64,000 nt of DNA, from assembly GCA_051294375.1 (NCBI GenBank), contig CM119269.1:8305225-8369224 (forward strand). The letters run 5' to 3'. The notes beneath the pieces are model-generated. The model had not been told where the DNA came from and did not search any database. It was given only the letters and a program-made list of their open reading frames with translations. A program made the translations under genes and the position numbers. Source of the DNA: Paraspadella gotoi (Eukaryota > Animalia > Chaetognatha). Positions 26,446 through 52,025 of this stretch are shown in pieces. The stretch's first letter is position 1, and every line of letters starts with the position of its first letter.

Positions 26446-26829
26446 AAACGCAAATATTAGATACAAAATTGGCAGAATAACAACGACAACATCAACGAAG
26501 GAAACGGATTGATCAAGTTGTTTGCCTCGCTTGTCTCGCTTGTTTCTTTTGTCTCACTGATCTCGCCTGCCTTTTTTTTCCCCGTTTCTTCTCTCTTGAC
26601 TTGGCTTACCTTGGCTTACCTCACGGATTCGACGGGAGAGAGATAAAAGAAGAATCGAGAAACTTACCCTCAAAAAACAAACGTTGTTTTTACAACAACA
26701 ACAACAACAAGAACGACGACAACCGATTTTTTTAGCTTTTATCCAGTTAATTAATTAATTAATTAATTATTGTTCATTCATTCATTTCTTTTTTTTTTCG
26801 TCTTTTCAATAAATTCCGTTGCTCTCTCA

Positions 26830-27170
26830 TCATGTTTACCGCGTTTCCGCCCGTCTCCGCCAGAGCGACATCGTCCTCGTTGTCGCCGACAGAGCATAGT
26901 TGTCGTCGTCGTCGTCGTCGTCGTCGTCGTCCTCGTCTGACGTCGTCGTCTGACGTCGATAGAGACGAAAGGCGACGACAAAAAAAGACATACAATTTAC
27001 AAAAGGGCAAAGAAGACAAAGATTTGTCTCAAGTTGTTGTAATTGTCTCGAAGTCGCGACCCTGCTCCGGAAGTCGCTTAAGCAATCGCCCACGCAGCCG
27101 TCGCCGCGGCCACCAAAGCAGCTTCCGCCGCAGCCGCCGCCGCAGACGTTTCGACGTAAAAGTAATCGCT
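26830..27170. promoter_or_regulatory. CpG/GC-rich probable promoter upstream of the 27389 gene, possibly bidirectional
   Basis: GC island in an AT-rich background, with an ETS-type CCGGAAGT at ~27067. A YY1-type CAAGATGGCG overlaps the ATG at 27389. Minus-strand GTAAG donors lie just to the left (26605-26668). Confidence 0.45.
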
Positions 27171-27388
27171 CAATTTTTGTGACATTTGAAATTGTTAATT
27201 TCTAGGTTTTTTGTATGTTTAAAAATCAAAATCTTCGCAAAATTTACTTTCCTTTTTGTTTTGGTCACGCGTGACTATCGTACAAATGGACCCTCTTCCC
27301 TTACCTTCTGTTTTGTTTTCCGTTTCGTTTCCTTTTTCCCCTTTTGTTTTTACGATGTTCATTTGTTTTTCGTTCGTTCTGTCGCAAG

Positions 27389-28236
27389 ATGGCGAATCTC
27401 GTGGGTCCCGTCGACTCGCAGAAGATCTACAACAACTACATGAACTACTCCACCTTCGGCTTCACCACGAATCATCTCACCAACGATAAGTTCACTCGTC
27501 CCGGTCTTTTCACTTACCCTCCCTTCCGGAACTACGAAGCCGCGAATCGAAAGTCCATCGGCGACACGGTCTCTGTGTGAGTCGCGCGCGGCTGTGTGAG
27601 GGGGTGGGGGTAGAGGGGGGGGTGAGTGGTGAGTGGGTGACGATGGGTTGGGAAAACATGGGCGGAGATCAAGTAGTAATGGAAAGTGAATTATGCATCA
27701 AAACAATGTAAAAAAAAAGTATTTGCCCAATGTTTGTAAATACTCTAGCGAAAAAGATAAGAGACAAAAAGATTTTAAGGATATCATTGTGTTTTTACTT
27801 TCTTTCGAACGTTGCGTTTGGGATAGAGGCAGAAAAATAGGAAATATTTTTATTTTTCGCACTGATGAAGGCTAACAATTTGAGCCGAAACATGTCCGTA
27901 TTTTTAACGTTTTAAATAAATCGTTGTTTGTAAACAAATAAAAAGTTTTCCGATTTTTCAGCCTTAGGAATCTGTCGAATTAAAAGCGATATAACTTCTT
28001 ATTCCTGAAATCCGTTTCAATGATCCAAACCTAACTTAATTCCAGAATCGCTAACTAATACCACTCTGCACCAATAAAAAGTATTTAGTCATCGTTTAAA
28101 AAAAAGAGAAGCTTTAATAGTTTTTAAATTTTGCAGGGAAGGTCCGATCGCTTACATTTCTACCGGGGGAGGAGGTTCCACGACCGTGGGCACGGGGAGC
28201 AGAATGCCAAGGTGAGAAGAGAGAGATGGCATAGAG

Positions 28237-28283
<47 letters not shown>

Positions 28284-28452
28284 TACTATTCATAATCGAA
28301 ATAACAAAATAAATTGACATTTATTTTTACTTAGGTTTTCATACAACCGGCCAAAGGTCGCGGATTATGTTCACGTCGGCGGATTTTTTCAGGTAACGCC
28401 TCGTTAGGTCACGTAAAGAAAGAGGGAACGATAGAAGAAAAAATTAGAGGCA

Positions 28453-28500
<48 letters not shown>

Positions 28501-29058
28501 AAAAGGATAAAAAGAAAAAGAAAAGAAAACGAAATCGTGTTAAGAGAAGTCTAGAGATTGTGAAGCGACGAGGCGAAGAAAGGTGAACCAAACAAAAAAT
28601 AGTAAAAATATCTTATCACTTTTCATTCATTACCTTTTCACTTATCACTTTATTTTTTTGCCTTTTTACTTTACGTCTGAAATGATTTCTCTCTCTACTT
28701 TTTTCTTTTTTTTTCTATTCGTTGTTTTTATTTGGATCAGTTTCAATTTTACCATGTCCCCAAAATCTTTTTCTCGTATTTGACCACGCAATTTCGCCAC
28801 GCAAACCACACTTTGCCCACAATATCGTTCACATCTCGGGGCTCAGAACTCCAAACCACGATCTCGCAGTCACTTCATTATTCATCCCGATTGGATCTCG
28901 GAAACATTTTGCGTCTGAGGCGATGGGGAGGATGAGACAAAAAAAAGTAAAGAAATATTAATAAAAAATGGTATTGTAAGGGAGAATGTAAAATTAGGAA
29001 GAGGAAACAATAAACAAGACCTAAAACCAAACTTGGACAATAACTGATATATATACTG

Positions 29059-29089
<31 letters not shown>

Positions 29090-29350
29090 TGTATGTATGT
29101 ATGTATGTATGTATGTATGTATGTATGTATGTATGTATACATACTTCATACGTATTCTAATATAGTTAACAACTGATTTTCTTAAAGTTACAATTATTTC
29201 TGGATAATTTAACGATCGATCTAATTCCCCCCCCTTTTCTTCACACAGAACACAAACCCCGGGCTCAGATCTCACTTTATCATTCACCCGGACTGGATTT
29301 CCGAAAAGATTTCCGTGCGTAACGTGGAACAACTAATGAACGCTTATTGA
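27389..29350 (+). CDS. Uncharacterised 140-aa protein, exons 27389-27576, 28137-28211, 28335-28392, 29249-29350; C-terminal HFIIHPDWISE motif
   Basis: Four phase-consistent GT-AG exons give MANLVGPVDSQKIYNNYMNYSTFGF...TVSVEGPIAYISTGGGGSTTVGTGSRMPRFSYNRPKVADYVHVGGFFQNTNPGLRSHFIIHPDWISEKISVRNVEQLMNAY*. AATAAA at 29423. Confidence 0.85.
28847..28918 (+). CDS. Duplicated alternative terminal exon of the 27389 gene (NSKPRSRSHFIIHPDWISETFCV*)
   Basis: Preceded by CTCAG in the same phase (0) as the distal exon. It shares 13 consecutive identical residues with the distal exon, with 9 synonymous codon differences, and has its own AATAAA at 28960. Confidence 0.75.
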   Translation, partial: NSKPRSRSHFIIHPDWISETFCV

Positions 29351-29409
<59 letters not shown>

Positions 29410-30559
29410 GTGGCAAACCCGGAATAAAGGTTAAGCAAAATTTTTGCTTTATTTTGACTAGAATCGATAATTAATTTATTTTTTGTGAATTTAAACCTTT
29501 TTTTTCCCCGTCTTCGTATTGTTTAATGTTTTATTTTTCTCCCTTTGTGATTTGGTCGCCACGAGGGGAGAAAAACTGAAAAGGTTCTAAAAAAAAGAAC
29601 ATCCATTCGCTTTCGAAAAGTTTCAATCGATTTTTACTTTTTTTTTTCCAGAAAAAAGATAAACCTAATTTACGGATGATATAAGGCTTTAAGTAGATTA
29701 GATATTGTATATAATCATTTCTATTTCTTTCGTTTGCTTGAAATAACATTGTCTATCGACATAACAACGGATTAAAGAATTTTAATTAAACATGCCTTAT
29801 TATTCCCCAGTCGTAATAGGCTAGGATGAAAAAATATCGTTAATTATAAAATATGGCTACTTGTTTATGATTTACCCAGAAGGTTTTGTTGCTAAACTTG
29901 ACCATAGATGTCAATAAAGAACGATATATTTTTAGAATGAAAAACAAAAGACGTTGGAAGACTGATTTAGAAATTGCCTAATGCAATTATAAGCAATATT
30001 CAGATCGACTTAAGCCAAGTCTGAATAAAAACTGACCACGATTCTCTTTTTGAGCAATGACAATTTCAAACAAACACTTTCTAATCTCTAAATCTAAAAC
30101 AAATGAATAATACTTATTTTAAAACAAAGATTTTTTGTATTTGTATTTCTGTACTTATTCAAAAAAGTAGCGACTTCAAAAGTACAATGAACTAAACAAA
30201 GTGAGTGAGCAACCCTTTATTTTTAATAATGTTTTGATATAATCATAGTAATCAAGTAAAATCGTTACTTTGCTAAGCCTCTGTGGTGGCCAAGTCTCAG
30301 TGATAAGATGAAGCCTTTAAAATCGCTCGTTTATTGAAACAAACCGTCAAGAATGAAAATGTATAGAAATGAACCTCATTTGGCATAAAAGGCCTAAATA
30401 GACCTGAATGGTCCTAAATAGATTTAAACCGATACCCAAACAACAATTGCATCCTAATTGACCTAAATATATCTAAATATATTTTTTTGAAAAACTTGTA
30501 GGCACCCAAAAAATTAACTTAAAATTAAATGCATCAAAATTCGGTCTTATTCTAGATGC

Positions 30560-30692
30560 TTTTAAAATGTATCAAAATGGACAAAAATGGACCCTAATGA
30601 ACCTAAATGTATCAAAATAGACAAAAATGGACCCTAATGAACCTAAATGTATCAAAATAGACAAAAATGGACCCCAATGAACCTAAATGTAC
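30560..30692. repeat. 40-bp minisatellite (~3 copies) inside a degenerate 10-11-bp-subunit array extending back to ~30370
   Basis: Unit AAATGTATCAAAATRGACAAAAATGGACCCTAATGAACCT. Confidence 0.9.
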
Positions 30693-31014
30693 TTGACCTT
30701 AAAACCACCAAAAAATAAGTGGAGCGAAGCAAATTAAAGGCGGAAAGAAAAATCGTGAGCTAAAAGGAAAATGCGATTTTGAGTTGGTTTTTTTTTCTGT
30801 TTTGGGCTGTTGTTGGTGTTTTTTTGTTTTTTTGTTTGTTTTTTTTTTGTTTCCGTTTATTGCGCATAAATGGAAAAAAAAATAAATAAGACTCTCAAAA
30901 AAACTGACGAAAATTAAACGAAATTAAAAGTATTTTTTCCGTCGAACATTAAAAAACCTTTTTCATATAAATCTTTTATAAGTATATATAACACATTTTT
31001 ATATTGTCGGTAAC

Positions 31015-41047
<10,033 letters not shown>

Positions 41048-41754
41048 CTGGTGGAGTTTGTGGGGACAGGGAACAGGGGGAGTGAAAGATATCCTGCTTC
41101 ATTCATTCTATCCCTGCGTTCTATCCTCAGGCACATGGCCCAGATGGAGCGTAAATATGAATCATGAAAATGGCCAAAAATAGATGATAATTTAACACAA
41201 TTTTTTTTATCTACGTATTAAAAATCATGGAATTGGCAAAAATAGCCAAATTACATGTATTGAATTTGTTTTGTAAATATTAACTATGAAAGGAGTTTTT
41301 CGCTTCACTTTAATTTTACCCTTTACTGTGACGTGAGATCGCTTTCTCTCATTTCGTCTCAGTGGCTTAACACGAGATCTCTTTCTCCCCAGGCCCAAAG
41401 TGTTTGGGCCAAACGCATTCTTTGGTCCAAAGTCAAACGTGGCTGGCATAAGAGGGCCACACAGGAAACAAGACCGAATGAAAACTTAAAGTGCGGGTCG
41501 CAGGCTAATTACGGCGATGGTGGTAAGCCCATGCTGCATGGCCTTTTTCCCTCACTTCCTCTTTCCTCTGCAGAACCTTACCTTTGCCCCGAGCCTTACC
41601 CCTCAAATCTAAATCTAAAATCTAAATCCTGGGGCCAAATCGCCGACGATTTATTTCTCCCTTTATTCTCTTTTTAAATTCCCCCTTTTGTTTTTTTTTC
41701 TCCCGCGGTTCGGTCGAACGCGCAGCTCGCCCTCAGAAAGGATGCCACTTTAGG

Positions 41755-41793
<39 letters not shown>

Positions 41794-42583
41794 GTTTTCA
41801 GACCCTAGAGGGACGGACAGTCGGGCGGTCGGGCGCGGTGCTGGCCCAGGAGGGTAAAAATAATGGATGTATGGAAACAATTCTATATCAATCACATCAA
41901 ACATAGAATAGATTTGTACCACGTTTCAGGATTTTTCGTTGAATTTAGAATTGATTGATGAAGCTGTCCATCAGCATGTAATATAGATTGTGACATAATG
42001 AGAGATAAAAGTCAACTTGAGACATAACTTTTGCTATGATTCTGACTTTCAAAATGTTTCTGATCTAAAAAATTAATTATTGTTAGTTAATCACAAAAAA
42101 ATGTTTCAAAACAAGTGACGACAGAAAATTAAGTGCGTGTTAAAAAGAAACGGTGAAAAAAAATTAAGGAAAAAAAATTGTTATAATTTCCTTTCTTTTT
42201 CGTTGCTTTTGGGACCTATGGAAAAAATTTAAATTGTGATTCAGCAACGAATTTATTTAATAATAAACGGACTTGTTTCGGTTCGGTTTACGAACCTTCT
42301 TCAGCGCAGTTAAAGACAGACAGACTGTTTTTAAAATTTTTCCTTAGGAAAAAAATTTAAATTGAGTCTCTCTGAAAAATATTTAAAAATAATTAAGTGT
42401 CTTTAAAAGAAATTAAAAAAAAAAAACGAGAGACGTTGTCTTAAACTTTAAGGACAAACATAAAGAAAAAGGGCGTGTAACTGTAAGCGTTTCAATCAGA
42501 TATTGATATGGATTTAAGATTTTTTAGAAACTAGTGCTATTTTTCTAGTTGTTGATAGTGTACTTCGAATATATCTCTTTAAT

Positions 42584-44902
42584 TTAATAAATTACTATAG
42601 CACACATGACTGGTAACGCCAAAGACATTATGTTAAAAATATCATAACTTTCGTACCGTTCTCGATCTAAGCACTTCAAATAATTATTATAAAAAAGATT
42701 AATTTTTGGTTGATTATCTGCATATTCAGCTTGATAACGAAATGTCGTTGAAACCGAAAGTATGAAAATGAAATTCGGTGACTCTGCAGGTAATTGTGTT
42801 GAAAGTAAAGCATGTTTATCGTCATTCGGATATTGTGTATCATAAACTAAATAGAATTCTTTACAACGTGTCGCTGTGGGATTCTTTAACAAAATTAAAA
42901 TTAAATAAAGACAAAAATGAAAAGCAGTAATGATTATGATAAAAAGTGCTTTTAAAAAAACCTTTTTCTTTTTAATAATCTTTGTCAAAATTAAATATGT
43001 CCACGTAAAAAAAGGGAAAAAAGAAATATTTAATATTAAGAAAAAGTATTCGTTTATTTCAAAAAGAGAGGTTATATGATTCGCGTAATATTTTTGTGGC
43101 TGTAGATACCAAGGACTTGAAGAACAGCAATTAACGAGATCAGAACGAATTTTTTTCCGACTATACATTGCTTTTTTAATGAGGCATCCACAAAAAGGCA
43201 GAGAGCAAGCAATAAGCCCAATTAATCCAAGCATCTTTCTCGCCGTCAGGCAAATGAATGCTTTTCCACTAAACCCTTCCAACATCAGGAGGCTCATATA
43301 TAATACCGGAGATGTGTAAGCAAAATTTGAGTAAAGTGTAAAGCTTCTGTATAGTTTCAATTTAGTAATAAAAAGTTTATTATAATCTACTATATGCCAA
43401 CAACGAGGAAGAAAACACTGAAACAGACCCGATTCTTTGCTTACAATCAAGTGGTTTAAGGTTTGGGACAGATTGACAACCGTGATGGCAACCAGCGTCA
43501 GCGATGCAATTAAAAAATTGATGAGTTTTGCAAGTTTATTACCTAAAATGAAAATTGTAGCAACATAGAGAGTACCCAAAGAGACATCAATTAGTAGCAT
43601 GAGAAGAATAGTCTCATGGGATGGTTTCAGAAATTTGTAATTTCCTAAATGGTATTCATCAAAACCTCCAAAAATTTTTAAAGGTTGCATTTGTTTTAAA
43701 GTTTTGCAAGTCATTTTAAATATTGGTGTGAACAGTTTTTCCCACTTTTCTCTATCTACTAAACCATCCATTTCAAAGCATTCATATGAATGGATTTTTA
43801 AACGTGGACTGTTCTTTCCTCTTCCTGGATCTGTGTATAAACCCATTTTCGTACCTTGAATTTCTAAATCATACTTTTGTGCAAGGGTTGATTCTATTCT
43901 TTGCTTCCTGTCCGAGTGAAAAAAAATTGAGACCATTTGGGCGGAAAAGGAGATCATGATTAGGTATGAAGTGAAGGAAGAAGTCACTGTCTCTCTGTGA
44001 GAAGAAATAAACCTGAGACGAAACATATCAAGTAATTCAGGAATTGTAAAGATTCTTAAGATGGACAGAGGAGTGAGAAGAACCAGCCATATATAATATT
44101 TCAGTGCCCAAACATAAATAAAAAGAATGCAGACAACAACGCCAATGACTCCTTGAACGATTCCGAGAATTCCCTGTAAAGATGCCACCGTGAAGCCACG
44201 ATATGTCGAGGCTGCATTTGCAATACCAAAAGTTGAAAGTGTGAAAGAAGCAATGATATCATAGTGTTCAATGTTCCAGCGGCAGGCAAACCTATAAATA
44301 AGATAACTCTCCAGATCTTTGAAGCAAGTACATGATGTTGTCAGGGTTAGATTGCTGTTCACTTGTATTAGCGTATAATTCCGTAAATTACTGTCATTTT
44401 CTTTAAAAGGTAAACAGAATTTGTCAGTTCCACTAGTTAAAGACACAACAATCGCTGCAGATTGAAGAAGAATTTGAGGAAAAGTCTCTAGCAAAAGGTG
44501 CAAAAAATCAAGAGTCGTTACCAACTGTATCTTAGTTATGGGAATGGACAATGATTCTGCCAAATTTCTTGAAGACTTCACTTCATAGAGTCTGTCAAGA
44601 TGTTCATCAATTGCAACGAGGCTGTTGGCCAAACCTGCAAGGCACAAAACTGTTGTTACCACTTTTCGTCCAAGGCCATTCCAGAGACGCAGAAATTTAG
44701 CCGGATCTTTTTTGCAATGATGCCAGAACATTACCATGCTTGCGAGACCATGCGTCCCCAAAACAATGCCCATGGCATAACCAATAAAATATTCTACAAT
44801 AAAATCTTTTTTGCAATAAATGTATGTCGTTCTCAAATCTGTAAAAACATCGACGACATTTAAAAAAATGACGACGATTGAGACAATAGTGGTAACGTCC
44901 AT
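42584..44902 (-). CDS. Intronless XK-related (XKR scramblase family) polytopic membrane protein, 772 aa from the ATG at 44902
   Basis: 2.3-kb ORF with XK signatures in the expected order: TM1 VVDVFTDL, LLETFPQILLQ (the ExxPQxxLQ motif), then IASFTLSTFGIA. More than 12 hydrophobic segments. Confidence 0.82.
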   Translation of the reverse strand: MDVTTIVSIVVIFLNVVDVFTDLRTTYIYCKKDFIVEYFIGYAMGIVLGTHGLASMVMFWHHCKKDPAKFLRLWNGLGRKVVTTVLCLAGLANSLVAIDEHLDRLYEVKSSRNLAESLSIPITKIQLVTTLDFLHLLLETFPQILLQSAAIVVSLTSGTDKFCLPFKENDSNLRNYTLIQVNSNLTLTTSCTCFKDLESYLIYRFACRWNIEHYDIIASFTLSTFGIANAASTYRGFTVASLQGILGIVQGVIGVVVCILFIYVWALKYYIWLVLLTPLSILRIFTIPELLDMFRLRFISSHRETVTSSFTSYLIMISFSAQMVSIFFHSDRKQRIESTLAQKYDLEIQGTKMGLYTDPGRGKNSPRLKIHSYECFEMDGLVDREKWEKLFTPIFKMTCKTLKQMQPLKIFGGFDEYHLGNYKFLKPSHETILLMLLIDVSLGTLYVATIFILGNKLAKLINFLIASLTLVAITVVNLSQTLNHLIVSKESGLFQCFLPRCWHIVDYNKLFITKLKLYRSFTLYSNFAYTSPVLYMSLLMLEGFSGKAFICLTARKMLGLIGLIACSLPFCGCLIKKAMYSRKKIRSDLVNCCSSSPWYLQPQKYYANHITSLFEINEYFFLILNISFFPFFTWTYLILTKIIKKKKVFLKALFIIIITAFHFCLYLILILLKNPTATRCKEFYLVYDTQYPNDDKHALLSTQLPAESPNFIFILSVSTTFRYQAEYADNQPKINLFYNNYLKCLDRERYESYDIFNIMSLALPVMCAIVIY

Positions 44903-45847
44903 TGCGGAAGTGATGATAATGCGGAAAAGTCGAGACAAATTATTCACACGAAATCGCAATGATGTTGTAAAGTCGGTGGAGAGAGAAAAAGAGAGAGAAA
45001 AAGAGAGAGAATATTAATTTATAAATTCCACTTTTAATAATATTATTTCCAAATAAGAATATTTGGAGGACAGGTGTTTCGAAAAAATATCAATCTGTCA
45101 ATGTAATCTACAGTTTGGTTCATTACATTTTTAATTTCATTTTCCCTGTAGTTGATTCTTCGTTTCCAATTTTAACATTACTAAACGAAGAGATGAACTC
45201 AGAGTGCCTGACAGCATAAAGCATAACAAACAAACTTTCACAATCCCAAAATTGATGTGAGATCAACAATGAATGTAAATACTACATAAACAACATAGGC
45301 AATTTAATAAAAGTTAAAATCAGCAAAAGCGGTAAATGGATAAAACGAGAATAAAAATCGATTTTCTTCGAGCGTAATGAGAGTCGCTGGGCGAGATGGA
45401 TGAATGGGCCGTTCGAACATCTCGAGCCATCGCCTCCGAGAGGATAAAAAAAATTTTCGACATGGGAAAATTAAAATTTGGTGGATCGATTTGATCTGAT
45501 CGACCTGCTGAGGAAATGAATTGACCGAATCAGAAAACTATATTAACTTGATTTGAAAAAAAAACCTTTTTTCCGAACAAAGCAGGAATTGACTAGGACG
45601 GGTTGGGCTGAGCGATTGGCAAAGTAAGGGATACAATGAAGGAGACATCATTCGAAGCGACGCTTCTATCCTGGCGCGATCGCATTGCGTCACGATGGTG
45701 ACATTGAAAACATTATTCAAAAATTAAGTTTAAATAAAAAAAATCTGTATTTAAACAATCGAAAATCTAAAAATAGATTCCGTCTCACGATTCGTGTTTT
45801 CTATTTCCGTCGAAAAACACGACGAAAAATGAGAGAGGGAGGGAGAG

Positions 45848-45892
<45 letters not shown>

Positions 45893-45899
45893 AGAGAGA

Positions 45900-45998
<99 letters not shown>

Positions 45999-46989
45999 AG
46001 AAAAAAATTTTATTTTTCGATGGAAACAATTTCCGGTTCATATTCCGACCAAGAATTTTCTCTTTCTAGACATTGTCGTAATTCCAAACGTGTTAAATAA
46101 AGTGCTAAAATTTTAGAATTACTTAGTATATAGAAATAAAGAGAGAAATAGAAAGAGAGAGGGTTCACCTGTGGGCCGGCGAACTGGTGGCCGAAGCCGA
46201 GAGCCGGCTGCACAGAAGTTCCGGGCCGCGGCCGTCCAAAGGCGATTGGCTAAGGCGGGGGGCGGAAAACCGGGGGGCGACAGGCGAGGTTGGTGGAGAG
46301 GGGGCTGGAGGGCGAGCACTTTCATGGTTGTTGCTGGCAACGCAGGGGGGGGTGGGTTCGGGAAGCGATGGTCGGGGGAGTTGGGGTGGAAGAGTGGAAG
46401 AAGGGGAGGTGGGGGGGGGGACAGTGCGGAGGCATGAGTAGAAATATGCAAGCGTAATGGGGAAGGGGGAGGTACTGAAAACTATGGCCCGTTGGCACGT
46501 ACTGAACAAGGGGAGGGAGGAGAAAAAAAATGAGAGATATGAATGAAAAGAAGGAAAAAGAAAAGAAAAGAAAAGAAAAGAAAAGAAAAGAAAAGAAAAG
46601 AAAAGGATAAGTAAAACTAGAATGGTATCGAGTATCGTCCCCTAAATACTGTAAGAAAAAACAATAGGAAAAGATAACAAAGCGAGATAGAGAAATGGTA
46701 AAGAGAAATGACCCAAAACAATTTATCAGACGAAAACAGATTCCACGAAAAAATGATGAAAAAGGAAAAGAATGAAATGAAAATGGACTCACAGAATTTT
46801 TTTTAAAAATGTGCATATATTTTGCGTAAATAGTGAAAACAGTATATAACCGGTCAAATAATTTTTAATTTATAAGATTTTTATTGTTTACACCCCAAAT
46901 ATTTAATTGCTGATTGAGAGAGAAAAAGAGAGAAAGAGAGAAAGAGAGAGAGAAAGAGAGAGAAAGAGAGAAAGAGAGAAAGACTGAGA

Positions 46990-51206
<4,217 letters not shown>

Positions 51207-51374
51207 GAAAGAGCCAGATAAACAAGTAGAATAGCAGATGTTAAGAGCAGTCAATGTATAAAATTAAATCTTCAATACGCGCTTTTGTCACCGCGGTTGA
51301 AAGGAATAGACGTCATGTGGGCGAAAGAAAACAACAATGATGGACTCTTTTATTGATTTGAAAGAATTGGAAAG

Positions 51375-51444
<70 letters not shown>

Positions 51445-51462
51445 AGAGAGAGAGAGAGAGAT

Positions 51463-51536
<74 letters not shown>

Positions 51537-51610
51537 AAGGTTTTCACTACTTTCTTTCTATTAGAGAAAAACAACAGTGAGAAAAGAAAACAAAAAAGTC
51601 TAACACAATG

Positions 51611-51721
51611 TCATGCAATCCATTCACCTGCAGTTGACGTGGTAATAAGGGTGATAGAGAGAAGAGAAGAGAGAGAGAGAGAGAAGAGAGAGAGAGNNNN
51701 NNNNNNNNNNNNNNNNNNNNN

Positions 51722-51759
<38 letters not shown>

Positions 51760-51987
51760 TTTGCAAAGCATCGTAACCAGACGTACTTTGTTATTCCAAT
51801 AGCTATAGGATATCCCAGATTTTTCTAAATTAATTTTTACTGACAAACAATTAAAACAAACAAAACAATTTCTAAATAGAAATATATTCAAATAAAGAAA
51901 ATTTCTCAATGGCTCCACCTGCTTTGGACGTGTGAAAAGAGGAAACAGGCGAAACGTCGTTTGAACGAAAAAACCGTCGACACACAA

Positions 51988-52025
<38 letters not shown>

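Noticed and set aside
43755-43785. EMDG as an Xkr8-type caspase activation site
   Set aside because: It lies mid-protein in a Cys-containing, probably extracellular loop rather than a cytosolic C-terminal tail.
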